DNA of 64,000 bases, taken from IMG/VR virus record IMGVR_UViG_3300047480_000789. The stretch is one strand, 5' to 3'. This document shows, in pieces, positions 30,781 through 40,988 of the stretch. Under the pieces are notes generated by a model, which saw nothing but the letters and a program-made list of their open reading frames with translations, did no database searches and was not told the DNA's origin. Numbering within the stretch: the stretch's first letter is position 1; every line of letters starts with the position of its first letter. The DNA is from an uncultured virus (IMG/VR IMGVR_UViG_3300047480_000789). Taxonomy: Duplodnaviria > Heunggongvirae > Uroviricota > Caudoviricetes. The position numbers and the translations under genes were made by a program.

Positions 30781-32571
30781 TTAGATGAATTGACCGTTAT
30801 ATGTTGTTAAATTATACTGTAATTTTGCTACAAGTTGTTGATCAAAACATTCTTGAGATTGTAATGTAACAATTGTCCCTTCTGAAGCTATTCCGTATAT
30901 TCCTGTATAACCTTCATTAATAAATAAGAAGTCAGACTCAACTAACGATACGGTTCCACCCTTATATAACATTGCATCTATAATAACCGGATTATTTCCA
31001 AGGTCACCATACCACATTGCGCTCATTTCAATTGTAAGTGACGTCTCAGATGGATATTGATTTTTAAACTCAATTAAGTTAATAAAAACTGACTCAAACC
31101 CTTGTCCGGTGTTATCACCACCCCAAGTTAATATTGGTATCCCTCCGTTGTCTGGATATTGTGTACTTCTACACCAACCAAGGTAAGATTGTGCATTGAT
31201 TTGACCAATATTAGGGTTACTTATTCTTGTTCTGGTATCTAAATCAGTACCGTCAGTAAATGAATATGAAACAATTATGTAATCGGCGTCAAATGTGAAA
31301 CCACTTGGTAATTGTGTAGTAAACGGATATGGTGTTGGTGTTATAAACGGTGTTGGAGTTGGGGTCGGTGTACCGGTAACCGTAGGTGTTGGGGTTATTG
31401 TCGGTGTTGGTGTAAAAGTTGGAGCATTTGTTGGGGTCGGAGAAGGTGTATTTGTTGGTGTGGGACTTGGGGTGGGAGTCGGAGTTGGTGTCGGAACTAT
31501 AATTGTATCTACACAAACAGGACCACAAATTTCAAAATCATAATTGGTTTTGATGACATTAAAATTGTGTCTAATTTGTAAAAAATTTAAAGGTTCTTCG
31601 TAATATTTTATTGATTTAATAATAAATTCACAATTTCCGTGATGAATGTCAGTGTTTAAATCGGTACCCCCACCCCAAATTTGCTTTATTTCAACATTAT
31701 TCCTATAAGATGGGATAATTTCCTCCCAATTTGATTCTAAATGAATTAAATTACCATTTAAGTATATTTTCAAATCACCTAATCTTTTATTTCTCTCAAA
31801 CGCCCATTTACTATTTAACTCCTCAACATATTCCGTAGTAATTGTTCCACCCGTTAACCAATTTGTCATATCGTTAGTGATAGTATATCCCGTAACAATT
31901 TGAGTCGTAGTGGTACCTGATGAAGATCCTGAATATGATATAATATGTGGTCCTTGAATTAAATCATTAATTCCTCCTTCATTTTCTAAATCACAATTGT
32001 AAAATTCTGTATACCTTTCAAAGACAATTGTTATGTTAAAATCTTTGGTATTGTTTGAAACGCATAACGGCAAAGTTGTACCAGTTGAATAATACGTCGA
32101 CGTCGTATAACCCGATATTGTATCACACATTCCTGAATAATGAAAAGAGGACCATTTAATTTTACCATCCGAGGTAAATTGAAAAGATAAGTTATTATCC
32201 AAATAATTCTCATCTTCATAATTTTCATTTGAACCCAAATAGTAAAAAACATTACCGTCAGACCAATCTAATGTGTTTCTATTGAAAATAAAATCTAACG
32301 TCCAACCTTTTTCGGTTCGTCTTCTTACTTTAAATTCACAATTGTCTGAGACAATTGTTTCGTTAACAACAATATTTAACGGAAAAGATATGTCATTATA
32401 ACAAGACGAATCAATAATTAACGTATCAAATGTTAATGAAATGTCCGTATTTAAGAGATTAATGTCATAATCATCTTCGATTTTTGTCAATTGGTAGTCA
32501 TAAAGTTCAGATGAATCTAACTTTAAGTCCAATTTTGACCCGTAAAAATTTAAAATATTCTGTCTATTCAT
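30781..32571 (-). CDS. LamG/ConA-like domain plus PT-repeat virion protein
   Basis: LKIYLNG...WGGG...[20 protein letters not shown] resembles LamG; long PT tract; start MNRQNIL at 32571. Confidence 0.55.
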   Translation of the reverse strand: MNRQNILNFYGSKLDLKLDSSELYDYQLTKIEDDYDINLLNTDISLTFDTLIIDSSCYNDISFPLNIVVNETIVSDNCEFKVRRRTEKGWTLDFIFNRNTLDWSDGNVFYYLGSNENYEDENYLDNNLSFQFTSDGKIKWSSFHYSGMCDTISGYTTSTYYSTGTTLPLCVSNNTKDFNITIVFERYTEFYNCDLENEGGINDLIQGPHIISYSGSSSGTTTTQIVTGYTITNDMTNWLTGGTITTEYVEELNSKWAFERNKRLGDLKIYLNGNLIHLESNWEEIIPSYRNNVEIKQIWGGGTDLNTDIHHGNCEFIIKSIKYYEEPLNFLQIRHNFNVIKTNYDFEICGPVCVDTIIVPTPTPTPTPSPTPTNTPSPTPTNAPTFTPTPTITPTPTVTGTPTPTPTPFITPTPYPFTTQLPSGFTFDADYIIVSYSFTDGTDLDTRTRISNPNIGQINAQSYLGWCRSTQYPDNGGIPILTWGGDNTGQGFESVFINLIEFKNQYPSETSLTIEMSAMWYGDLGNNPVIIDAMLYKGGTVSLVESDFLFINEGYTGIYGIASEGTIVTLQSQECFDQQLVAKLQYNLTTYNGQFI

Positions 32572-32624
32572 TATTGTATAAATATCTTTCATAACATTTG
32601 ATATTTATAATAAAGTGTATTTGT

Positions 32625-33374
32625 ATGAATAATTTTATAAAACAGGTAATTGAAGAGAAATTTACCTCAAAAGCCCAACAAAGATATTTCTTTGCTAAGG
32701 CCAACGAAAAGGGGGTTTCTAATAAGGAAAAGAATAAATGGGGTAAAATGGCGAAGGAATTCTCAGATAAAACAGATTACACTAAAATACCTGAAAAAGT
32801 GAAAAATGAGGAAGAGGTTGATGAAATAGTAGATAAAGAAGGGAATATTGGACAAAGTAAAAAACCTAACAATATGAACACTAAAGGAACGACTTCAAAC
32901 GACACATCCGATAATTCAGCGTTGAAAGGTCACGGAATGATGTCCACATCTGCAGCAATGGGTTATGGTATTGGTTATAGAAGATTCCCATTGGAAGAAG
33001 TTGAATTAGATGGTGTATTAGGAGGTGAAAATATAATTAATAACGTACCATATGATGAGGCGTTAGATGATATGGAAAATGAAAAAGGTTTACCTGAAGA
33101 TGAGGCGGAAGAAAGATTAAAAAGTATGGGGTATAGACCCGACGACGATAAACTTAATTTAGTTGAAAATCCTAAAAAGTTTATGGAGGAATATCTTGAG
33201 AGTATTCTTAAGAAAAAAAATGAAGATAATGACGTATTATCTAAAGAAGATGAAATTGAAGAAGTGGAAATTAATCCAATTGTTGCAAAACAAATTAGGG
33301 CACTTAAAAATAGTATGAAAACCTATGGTTTAAAACCTGACCATATTTTAAAAGGATTAAACGATAATGAATAA
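32625..33374 (+). CDS. Hypothetical late protein (basic N-terminus, acidic body)
   Basis: Start MNNFIKQVIEEKFTSKAQQRYFFAK; TATTTATA at 32602-32609. Confidence 0.65.
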   Translation: MNNFIKQVIEEKFTSKAQQRYFFAKANEKGVSNKEKNKWGKMAKEFSDKTDYTKIPEKVKNEEEVDEIVDKEGNIGQSKKPNNMNTKGTTSNDTSDNSALKGHGMMSTSAAMGYGIGYRRFPLEEVELDGVLGGENIINNVPYDEALDDMENEKGLPEDEAEERLKSMGYRPDDDKLNLVENPKKFMEEYLESILKKKNEDNDVLSKEDEIEEVEINPIVAKQIRALKNSMKTYGLKPDHILKGLNDNE

Positions 33375-33867
33375 AGAACTAAAAGATAGGGTTTTTGACA
33401 TACCCCAAGACATTTTAAATAAGATTAATCATACTTTGGTCGGTCTTAATGGTGATAACGTTCACGGTGTGATGAGAGCTAAAAAACTTTTAAATGACAA
33501 AAAAGTAACGTACGGACAACTTAAAAGAATCATTCACGACATACAAGGTATGGATAAAGTTAGTGAAAGATTAAGATACGATTTATCCGGTGGGGATTTA
33601 ATGGACAGGTGGTCAAAAAAACATTTACAAGGTGAACGAGATTTAATTAGTAATCGTAAAGATAGTAGAAAACGGGCAGATGACATATCAAGTATGACGG
33701 GAGAAAGAAAAAATTCACATCTTAAAACACATACAAAGAAAGATAATTATTCTATACCAACTAATCTAATAAAAAGTAATTCACATAAAAATTCAATATC
33801 GGCAATTAAAATAGGTGGTTTATTTGAACAAGAAATTGAAAAAATTAAAAAATTAATATCATATTAA
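33367..33867 (+). CDS. Hypothetical basic protein
   Basis: 166 aa ORF overlapping the upstream stop; ends EQEIEKIKKLISY. Confidence 0.65.
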   Translation: MNKELKDRVFDIPQDILNKINHTLVGLNGDNVHGVMRAKKLLNDKKVTYGQLKRIIHDIQGMDKVSERLRYDLSGGDLMDRWSKKHLQGERDLISNRKDSRKRADDISSMTGERKNSHLKTHTKKDNYSIPTNLIKSNSHKNSISAIKIGGLFEQEIEKIKKLISY

Positions 33868-33868
33868 T

Positions 33869-34546
33869 ATGACAAAATTAGACACATTATCTGAAAAATT
33901 TAGATTAGACAACATCACAAGAAACCCTTATAACGATAAAAATAACTATTCATCGTTAAGTGCAAACGCTCTATCTGATAAAGATGACAAAGGTAAAGGT
34001 GAAAACAATGGTAAAATTGGTTCGGCAACCGACATTATTAATCGCACATCTAACGTTACAAAAAACACTTTTAATGAAAATAATCAATACAACGTATTAA
34101 ATCCAAGAGCGCTTGCCGACGGAGATGATTACGGTAAAGGACAAAAAGATAATAACGTTGCTGTTGGTAGTAAAACTGACATTAAAAGTAGAAATGAATT
34201 ATTATCGAAAAATACATACGGTAAAAATAAAGGATATAGTTCACTTAATCCAAATGCCCTATCTGATAATGATAACAAAGGTAAGGGAGAGAATGATGGT
34301 AAAGTTGGTTCGTTTACTGATATTAAAATGAGAACGGAAAACTTAGGTAGAAATACTTATAATTCAGAAAATGGTTATAATTTAATTAATAAAAATGCAA
34401 TATCAGATGGTGACGATTATGGTAAAGGTCAAAATGGACCTAATGGAACTATCGGATCGAAAACTGATATTTTAAAACGAGTTGAAAACACCGGTAAAAA
34501 CGAATATAACAGTAAAAAGGAATATAATAGACACCCAAAAGTATAA
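33869..34546 (+). CDS. Tandem-repeat protein (4 repeats of about 48 aa)
   Basis: Repeated N-x-Y...ALSDxDxxGKG...GSxTDI unit. Confidence 0.75.
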   Translation: MTKLDTLSEKFRLDNITRNPYNDKNNYSSLSANALSDKDDKGKGENNGKIGSATDIINRTSNVTKNTFNENNQYNVLNPRALADGDDYGKGQKDNNVAVGSKTDIKSRNELLSKNTYGKNKGYSSLNPNALSDNDNKGKGENDGKVGSFTDIKMRTENLGRNTYNSENGYNLINKNAISDGDDYGKGQNGPNGTIGSKTDILKRVENTGKNEYNSKKEYNRHPKV

Positions 34547-34547
34547 A

Positions 34548-35261
34548 ATGATAATAAATAACACATTCTTTAAAATTCTTGAAGAACAAAATATATTAAA
34601 AACGACAAAAACAAAACCTATTGTTGATGCAATAAAAAATAGGAATAAGATTTCGTTTTATTATTCAGGACCAAGAAAACCTAAAAAAGATAGTGTAAAA
34701 TCAGGTTATAGAGTAAAGGCGGAAGTAGTTGCGTTAGGGTTAAGTAAAAAAGGTAATCTAATCATTAGAGCATACGTACAGCCACCATCAACAACCAAAA
34801 CCGGTTTTGCTAAAGGTGGATGGAGAACTTTTATGGTCGGTAGAATGGGAAGTGTTCAAATAACTGACGAAAAATTTGACGAAAAAAGACCCAATTACAA
34901 AGAAGGTGATGACAGTTCGATGTCAGTGACTTATGTAACGGCAAATTGGACTAAACAACCTAAAAAAGTTAAATCAATTGAAAAACCAACAGTAGAACCA
35001 CCACAACAAATCTCTCCAACGGTGCAAGTAACAAAACCCGAAGTAAAAGATATTAAAGTAAGTCCCGAGGAACTTCCTCAACCAAAACCTGAGGAAAAAC
35101 CACAACCCCAAGTTGAACCTACAGATGTTAATTTAAAAACTGATGATGAAGAGCTTCCTCAACCAAAACCTGAGGAAAAACCACAACCTAACCCAGATGA
35201 TGAGGAAAATGTGGAACTTAAAGAAAGTATAAAGAAAATTAAGAGTTTAATGTTTTCATAA
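34548..35261 (+). CDS. WYL-domain protein with a Pro/Glu-rich tail
   Basis: AIKNRNKISFYY...R...VALG...IRAY...GWRTFMVGRMGSVQITDEKF fits the WYL pattern. Confidence 0.65.
   Translation: MIINNTFFKILEEQNILKTTKTKPIVDAIKNRNKISFYYSGPRKPKKDSVKSGYRVKAEVVALGLSKKGNLIIRAYVQPPSTTKTGFAKGGWRTFMVGRMGSVQITDEKFDEKRPNYKEGDDSSMSVTYVTANWTKQPKKVKSIEKPTVEPPQQISPTVQVTKPEVKDIKVSPEELPQPKPEEKPQPQVEPTDVNLKTDDEELPQPKPEEKPQPNPDDEENVELKESIKKIKSLMFS
35073..35188 (+). repeat. Exact 35-bp direct repeat, 81-bp period
   Basis: CTTCCTCAACCAAAACCTGAGGAAAAACCACAACC at 35073-35107 and 35154-35188, encoding LPQPKPEEKPQP twice. Confidence 0.95.
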
Positions 35262-35294
35262 AAAACGTTATTATTATAAAAACAAATTAGAATT

Positions 35295-35867
35295 ATGGCA
35301 CAAGGTCAAGGAAGTATTACGTCAAACGATTTAATGTTAAAATTAGTACAAGCGAAGAAAGTAATGAACAAAGTGGATGGTGGTAATTTTGAAAGAGGTC
35401 ACGTTAATGAATCTATGTTATTATCTGACCCATCAGAATTTTTAAATTCACAAGAACCAATACAGACTTCAACAAAACCTGTCGGAGTACCTAATGCTGA
35501 CAAAATACAAAATTCTAAATTACCTGACGCAATTAAAAAGGCAATGATGGAAAACCCAATTCAACAAATTTCACTTAATGATACCCTAGATATGGATTTT
35601 GTTAAGGGTGCAAAACGTTTAATGGAACAAGAAGGTGTATCCACAAAGAAACAAACACAACAACCACAAAGACAATCTTCTGGTGTTAATATCGATATGA
35701 ATGCAATCGCAGTTTTAATCGAAAATACGGTTCGTAAAGTTATGGATGAGAAATTAAATCAAATTCTAACGGCACAAACAACCTCAACAATTAACGAAAA
35801 CTTAGTATTAAAGGTTGGAGACTCAATCTTTAAAGGAAAAATTACAGGGGTAAATAAAGCAAAGTAG
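35295..35867 (+). CDS. Hypothetical protein
   Basis: 190 aa; SKLPDAIKKAMMENPI motif. Confidence 0.7.
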   Translation: MAQGQGSITSNDLMLKLVQAKKVMNKVDGGNFERGHVNESMLLSDPSEFLNSQEPIQTSTKPVGVPNADKIQNSKLPDAIKKAMMENPIQQISLNDTLDMDFVKGAKRLMEQEGVSTKKQTQQPQRQSSGVNIDMNAIAVLIENTVRKVMDEKLNQILTAQTTSTINENLVLKVGDSIFKGKITGVNKAK

Positions 35868-35868
35868 T

Positions 35869-35899
35869 TTTGTTTTTTCATTTTTTTTTGTTATATTTT
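35869..35899 (+). promoter_or_regulatory. Bacteroidota-type housekeeping promoter
   Basis: TTTG-N19-TATATTTT versus the consensus TTTG-N19-21-TAnnTTTG; similar TTTA-N19-TATATTT at 22108-22138 and 39036-39066. Confidence 0.55.
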
Positions 35900-35918
35900 T
35901 CTTATATAACTTAGATTA

Positions 35919-37145
35919 ATGTCAAAAATTAAAATTTTAGCAATCCCATCAGACAAACACGGTGTTGGGAAATTTAGAATGATGGACCCGTATAAATTTA
36001 TCGGGGAAAACCATTCTGATGATGTGCACGTTGATATCACATTCAACGCCGAAGATAAAGACGAATATTTTTTAAATTACGATATTGTAGTTTTTCACTC
36101 ATTTATTCACCAAACAAATCACGATTCTAATATAAAGAGAATAAAATGGTTACAATCAAAAGGTATTAAGGTTGTAATGGACATTGATGATTTATGGTTT
36201 GTTGATCAAAGACACCCAATGTATTATCAAATTAAAGTTTCAGGTATTGCTGAAATGAAGATTGAAATGTTAAAGTTGGTCGATTACGTTTCAACAACTA
36301 CATCCATTTTTGCACAAACAATTAAAGAACGATTAGGTGTGAAAAATGTTGTTATTTTTCCTAATGCAGTTAATGAAGACGAACCACAATTCAAACGTGA
36401 AACCGTCAAATCTGATAAAGTTAGATTTGGTTGGTTAGGTGGGTCTTCTCACTTATACGATATTGAATTAATGTCAAGTGGTATTGCTACAACTCACAAT
36501 TTATTTAAAGATAAAGTTCAGTTTGTTTTATGTGGTTTTGACATAAGAGGGTCGGTAACTGAAATTGACCCAAAAACTAAGCAACAAAGACAACGACAAA
36601 TTAGACCCATTGAAACAGTTTGGTATAAGTATGAGAAATTCTTTACTGATGATTATCGAGCTGTAAGTCCTGAATATAAATCATACCTTAATACATTTGT
36701 TGAAACATCTTACGATGATATTAATTTACCATATAGAAGAAAATGGACAAAAGAAATTAATTCATATGCAACAAATTATAATACTTTTGATGTATCTTTG
36801 GCACCGTTAGTGGAATCTATGTTTAATGCTAATAAGTCACAATTAAAAGTTATCGAGGCTGGTTTTCATAAAAAGGCAATTATCGCAAGTGAAACTCAAC
36901 CATATACATTAGATTTAATATCTGCAGTTGATGAGGGTAAGTTTAACAATAAAGGAAATGCATTATTCGTTAACCCAAAAAGAAATCATAAAGATTGGGC
37001 AAAACATATGAAACGTTTAATTGAAAATCCTAATATGATTGAGGATTTAGGTGAACGTTTATATGAGACAGTAAAAGACACGTATTCATTAAAAAAAGTA
37101 TGTGGAGATAGATTAGAATTTTTTAAAACAATTATAAATAAATAA
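35919..37145 (+). CDS. Glycosyltransferase, GT-B fold (GT4-like)
   Basis: VVMDIDDLW, PNAV, RFGWLGGSSH, DVSLAPL...FNANKSQLKVIEAG...IIAS. Confidence 0.85.
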   Translation: MSKIKILAIPSDKHGVGKFRMMDPYKFIGENHSDDVHVDITFNAEDKDEYFLNYDIVVFHSFIHQTNHDSNIKRIKWLQSKGIKVVMDIDDLWFVDQRHPMYYQIKVSGIAEMKIEMLKLVDYVSTTTSIFAQTIKERLGVKNVVIFPNAVNEDEPQFKRETVKSDKVRFGWLGGSSHLYDIELMSSGIATTHNLFKDKVQFVLCGFDIRGSVTEIDPKTKQQRQRQIRPIETVWYKYEKFFTDDYRAVSPEYKSYLNTFVETSYDDINLPYRRKWTKEINSYATNYNTFDVSLAPLVESMFNANKSQLKVIEAGFHKKAIIASETQPYTLDLISAVDEGKFNNKGNALFVNPKRNHKDWAKHMKRLIENPNMIEDLGERLYETVKDTYSLKKVCGDRLEFFKTIINK

Positions 37146-37156
37146 AACAAACAATT

Positions 37157-37387
37157 ATGCACTACACAGTAACAGTAGGATACGAATCCGAACAATTAGA
37201 CAGAGAGGGTAACCCACGTTTAACAAAATCAAATATCATAGTACAAGCCGAGTCAAATGCTGAAGCTAATATTACGGCATCTAAATTTTTAGCTGGAGAT
37301 ATTCGATCAAGTCAAATTATCGATGTTAAAAGATTAAAAATCGATTGTGTGATTGATGAAAAAAATACACCAGAATATTACAAATAG
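37157..37387 (+). CDS. Hypothetical protein
   Basis: 76 aa ORF in the operon. Confidence 0.65.
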   Translation: MHYTVTVGYESEQLDREGNPRLTKSNIIVQAESNAEANITASKFLAGDIRSSQIIDVKRLKIDCVIDEKNTPEYYK

Positions 37388-37411
37388 AAATAAGTAAACA
37401 CCAACTGTACA

Positions 37412-37633
37412 ATGGAATTTTATAGTAAAGATATACAAATTATGCGCCAATCTCAAAGTAAGATGGCGTTAGAATACCTAACTACAGTTGGTGTTCAAGT
37501 TACTTTTGAAGAGTTTCAACGTGTAACTGATGTGTTTGTTGAGTGTTGTTTACGACCTCAAGATAACGACTTAAAAGAGAGAATTAAGAAGTTAGATAAA
37601 TGGATTTTAGAAAAAAAGAATAACAATGGATAA
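37412..37633 (+). CDS. Hypothetical protein
   Basis: 73 aa ORF in the operon. Confidence 0.65.
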   Translation: MEFYSKDIQIMRQSQSKMALEYLTTVGVQVTFEEFQRVTDVFVECCLRPQDNDLKERIKKLDKWILEKKNNNG

Positions 37634-38255
37634 GGGTGAAGCGGAAGAGTATTTAAAAAAATTAGAGAATTTAGAAAAAAACATAAATTCTGATGATGGT
37701 GATGAAGATGGTATTGATTTAAATTTTATTGGGGAATTAAATGAACTACTATCTAAGTTAGAACAAGAATTTAAAGTAGACCAATCAAAAACACAAATGA
37801 ACAATAATGGTACAATTATTGATAATGGTGTTATGGTTAAGGTTAAGAAATTACAACCGAATGCGGTGATACCATCCTACTCAAAAATTGGCGACGCTGG
37901 AATGGATTTAACAATAACAAGGGAAATTGAAAATACATCTTTTAGTGTTTCATACGGTTTTGGCATTGCAATGGAAATTCCTAAAGGTTATGTCGGTTTA
38001 GTTTTCCCTCGTTCATCAGTACGTAACCAAGATTTGATTCTATCAAATTGTGTTGGTGTTATCGATAGTGGATATAGGGGGGAATTACAGGCAACATTTA
38101 AAAAAACTAACGGACTCGACTCTCAAAAGTATAAAGTAGGCGAGAGAGGTGCTCAGATTATTATATTACCTTACCCTCAAGTATTTATGACTGAAGTTCC
38201 AGAATTATCTGATTCCGAAAGAGGAGAAGGTGGATTCGGTTCAACTGGAAAATAG
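37626..38255 (+). CDS. dut: Trimeric dUTPase with an acidic N-terminal extension
   Basis: AGMDL, PRSS, GVIDSGYRGE, AQ and RGEGGFGSTG motifs. Confidence 0.95.
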   Translation: MDKGEAEEYLKKLENLEKNINSDDGDEDGIDLNFIGELNELLSKLEQEFKVDQSKTQMNNNGTIIDNGVMVKVKKLQPNAVIPSYSKIGDAGMDLTITREIENTSFSVSYGFGIAMEIPKGYVGLVFPRSSVRNQDLILSNCVGVIDSGYRGELQATFKKTNGLDSQKYKVGERGAQIIILPYPQVFMTEVPELSDSERGEGGFGSTGK

Positions 38256-38295
38256 TATATTTATAATAAATAATTAGAATTTAAAATAGAAAATT

Positions 38296-39033
38296 TTGGC
38301 ATTAAAACCTAAAGTCGGAAAATCACACCAACAAACCACCACCCTTACACCCGATGAAAAGAAAATTTCTCATAAAGAGAAAATTAGACAAATAATCAAA
38401 AAACCAAAGGAAAAGTTTCTTACAAAAAATCAAGAAGAATACTGGAAAACATTAGGTGAAAATCAAATAACATTATGTTTTGGTCCTGCCGGTGTCGGTA
38501 AATCGTACATTGCTATGAAAAGGGCCGTGGACTTACTTTGGGACGATACCAATAAGTATGAGAAAATAATCATTGTTAGACCAGCTGTCGAAGCAGAAGA
38601 AAAATTAGGTTCACTACCGGGTGGTTTAGAAGAAAAATTAGACCCATATATCTACCCATCTTATTATCTTTTAAACAAAATAATTGGAAAAGAGGCGAGA
38701 GAAAGTTTAAAAGATATGGGTTATATCGAAGTTGCTGCACTTGCTTATATGAGAGGTTGGAACGTAGATAATACCATATTAGTATTTGAAGAAGCACAAA
38801 ACGCCACACCATCACAAATAAAGTTACTTTTAACTCGTATTGGATTCAATTCCAAGTTTTTTATCTCGGGAGATTTGGAACAATCTGACAAATATCGTGA
38901 TAAAACTAAATCGGGTTTATATGACGCGAAAAAAAGATTAGGTGATGTAAATGGAATTGGTATTTTTGAATTTGATAATTCGGACATTGTTAGAAATCCA
39001 ATCATTGGTGAAATTTTGAATAGATACGATTAG
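38296..39033 (+). CDS. phoH: PhoH-family ATPase
   Basis: GPAGVGKS, RPAVEAEEKLGSLPG, AYMRG, EEAQN, GDLEQSD, DIVRNP. Confidence 0.95.
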   Translation: MALKPKVGKSHQQTTTLTPDEKKISHKEKIRQIIKKPKEKFLTKNQEEYWKTLGENQITLCFGPAGVGKSYIAMKRAVDLLWDDTNKYEKIIIVRPAVEAEEKLGSLPGGLEEKLDPYIYPSYYLLNKIIGKEARESLKDMGYIEVAALAYMRGWNVDNTILVFEEAQNATPSQIKLLLTRIGFNSKFFISGDLEQSDKYRDKTKSGLYDAKKRLGDVNGIGIFEFDNSDIVRNPIIGEILNRYD

Positions 39034-39070
39034 GGTTTACTTATGGACCGTTTAATGTTATATTTCATAT

Positions 39071-39724
39071 ATGGAAATATTCATTAGTATAGATGGCGTA
39101 TTAAGAAACACAATACAAAAATTTGATTATCATTATAACGAAGCCTTTTTAGCTGAAGACGTTGTACTTGAAGATAACACCTTTGAATATGGTGTAACCG
39201 AACCTATTGAAAACGATAAGTTAATTAACTCATACAAATTCCAGTCAAAGGAAGAGTATGAGTTTTTTATGTTTATGGAATACCCAATTGAAATTTTCGG
39301 TCACGCCGGATTAAGTTATTCAACAACATTTACGGATTTACATAAAATAATTTTTGATAATCAGGAACACAACATCACATTAATAGGGTTAGATGAACTT
39401 GGTAAAGCCAAGCCAGCAACGCTGTTCTTTTTATCTAAAAATGGATTCTTAGGTAACAAGATAAAATTTGCTAAAAGTGACGAAATTGAGAAGTTATGGA
39501 ACGAGTGTGATGTATGGGTTACAGATAGTAAATATGTTTTAGATAACTGTCCAGAAAATAAAACTGGACTCAAATTCATCACTAAGTACAACACACACTT
39601 TACTTATAAAAAAGAAATATCTAAATTAACTGAAATACAAGATTTATGGTCGAACTCTTCGGAAAAAACTACTACATTGATCTCGATGGAATCACAGAAA
39701 AATGTAGAACAGGAAACAAAATAG
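39071..39724 (+). CDS. HAD-fold 5'(3')-deoxyribonucleotidase-like protein, possibly inactive
   Basis: N-terminal IFISIDGVL resembles the HAD DxDGV motif with the first Asp replaced by Ser. Confidence 0.55.
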   Translation: MEIFISIDGVLRNTIQKFDYHYNEAFLAEDVVLEDNTFEYGVTEPIENDKLINSYKFQSKEEYEFFMFMEYPIEIFGHAGLSYSTTFTDLHKIIFDNQEHNITLIGLDELGKAKPATLFFLSKNGFLGNKIKFAKSDEIEKLWNECDVWVTDSKYVLDNCPENKTGLKFITKYNTHFTYKKEISKLTEIQDLWSNSSEKTTTLISMESQKNVEQETK

Positions 39725-39930
39725 AAACGGAAGAAACTGATGAAGACACTTTAGAAATTAACATCTTTAAATATGAAATTATTAAGATGTGTTTGGATAG
39801 GGTTTTATCAGAATATGAGGAAGTTGATGATGCGTTAGGTGCATTTGGTAAAAATGCACAATCATCATCATTTAAAATAGCATTTAACACTTTAATAAAA
39901 TACGAAATATTAATCGAAGACGATGAGTAA
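39646..39930 (+). CDS. Hypothetical protein
   Basis: 94 aa ORF overlapping both neighbours in the operon. Confidence 0.65.
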   Translation: MVELFGKNYYIDLDGITEKCRTGNKIETEETDEDTLEINIFKYEIIKMCLDRVLSEYEEVDDALGAFGKNAQSSSFKIAFNTLIKYEILIEDDE

Positions 39931-40987
39931 ACAAGAAAACATAGAAAAATTAGAATCTGCAATTAGTAGATTACAAACAAATGAGAATGTCGTATATTTT
40001 TTATCATACGACACCAAAAATAATGCCAGAGCTTCTGTAAAACATATCTATGATATGGCGTTAACTCTTAAAAATAACGGAGGAAATGTTAAAATTTTAG
40101 TTGAGGATAACACATACAGCGGTGTAAGTGGGTGGTTAGATGAAGAATACACTAATCTACCAATAGTTTCAATTAAAGATGATAAAATTGAAATTTCAAT
40201 TGACGATGTGATTGTGGTACCCGAATACTACTCAAACGTATTACAACAATTATCGAATTTAAAATGTACTAAAGTTATGTTAGTACAACAAAAAGATTAC
40301 ATTTTTGAAACATTACCAATTGGTAGTAGATGGAGTGATTATGGTTTTGATAAAGTTATCACTACAACTGAAGAATCTAAAAAATATATTTTAGATGTAT
40401 TTCCAGAATCGTTAGTTCATATTATTCCACCAATTATCGGAGATAATTTTACACATAGTGATGGTATTATTAAACCGTACATTGCTATTAGTTGTAGAGA
40501 CAGAGTAATACACAGGAAAATAATTTCAGAATTTTATATCAAATACCCACATTTACGTTGGATATCATTTAGAGATATGGTTCAATTACCATATAGTGAA
40601 TTCTCTGAAGTATTAAAAGAATGTGCTGTTTCCGTATGGGTTGATGATGAAAGTACATTTGGTACATTCCCATTAGAATCGATGAAGTGTGGCGTACCCG
40701 TTGTTGGCAAAATCCCAAATACTGAACCTGATTGGTTAACTGAAAATGGTATGTGGACGTATGATGCAAATAAAATTGTTGACTTATTGGGTACATATGT
40801 TTTAGCTTGGTTAGAAGGGGTTGAACTAACTGATGAAGTTAAAGATAAGATGAAGGAAACTTTATTACCTTATAACACTGAAATCACAAAGAATAACATT
40901 ACGTCTGTCTTTAATTCTTTCACTAATAAAAGAATCGAAACAATAACAAAGGCATTAGAAAAATTAAAACAAGAAGAGGAAGCATAA
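39923..40987 (+). CDS. Glycosyltransferase, GT-B fold (GT4-like)
   Basis: VIVVPE; ESTFGTFPLESMKCGVPVVG resembles the GT4 EgFGlpplEAMacG signature. Confidence 0.8.
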   Translation: MSKQENIEKLESAISRLQTNENVVYFLSYDTKNNARASVKHIYDMALTLKNNGGNVKILVEDNTYSGVSGWLDEEYTNLPIVSIKDDKIEISIDDVIVVPEYYSNVLQQLSNLKCTKVMLVQQKDYIFETLPIGSRWSDYGFDKVITTTEESKKYILDVFPESLVHIIPPIIGDNFTHSDGIIKPYIAISCRDRVIHRKIISEFYIKYPHLRWISFRDMVQLPYSEFSEVLKECAVSVWVDDESTFGTFPLESMKCGVPVVGKIPNTEPDWLTENGMWTYDANKIVDLLGTYVLAWLEGVELTDEVKDKMKETLLPYNTEITKNNITSVFNSFTNKRIETITKALEKLKQEEEA

Positions 40988-40988
40988 T

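Noticed and set aside
30150..31500. GGTGTT/GGAGTT tandem repeats as a CRISPR array or non-coding satellite
   Set aside because: They are codons of Pro-Thr linkers on the minus strand, with no repeat-spacer structure; the Gly-Val ORF at 31295..31543 is their antisense shadow.
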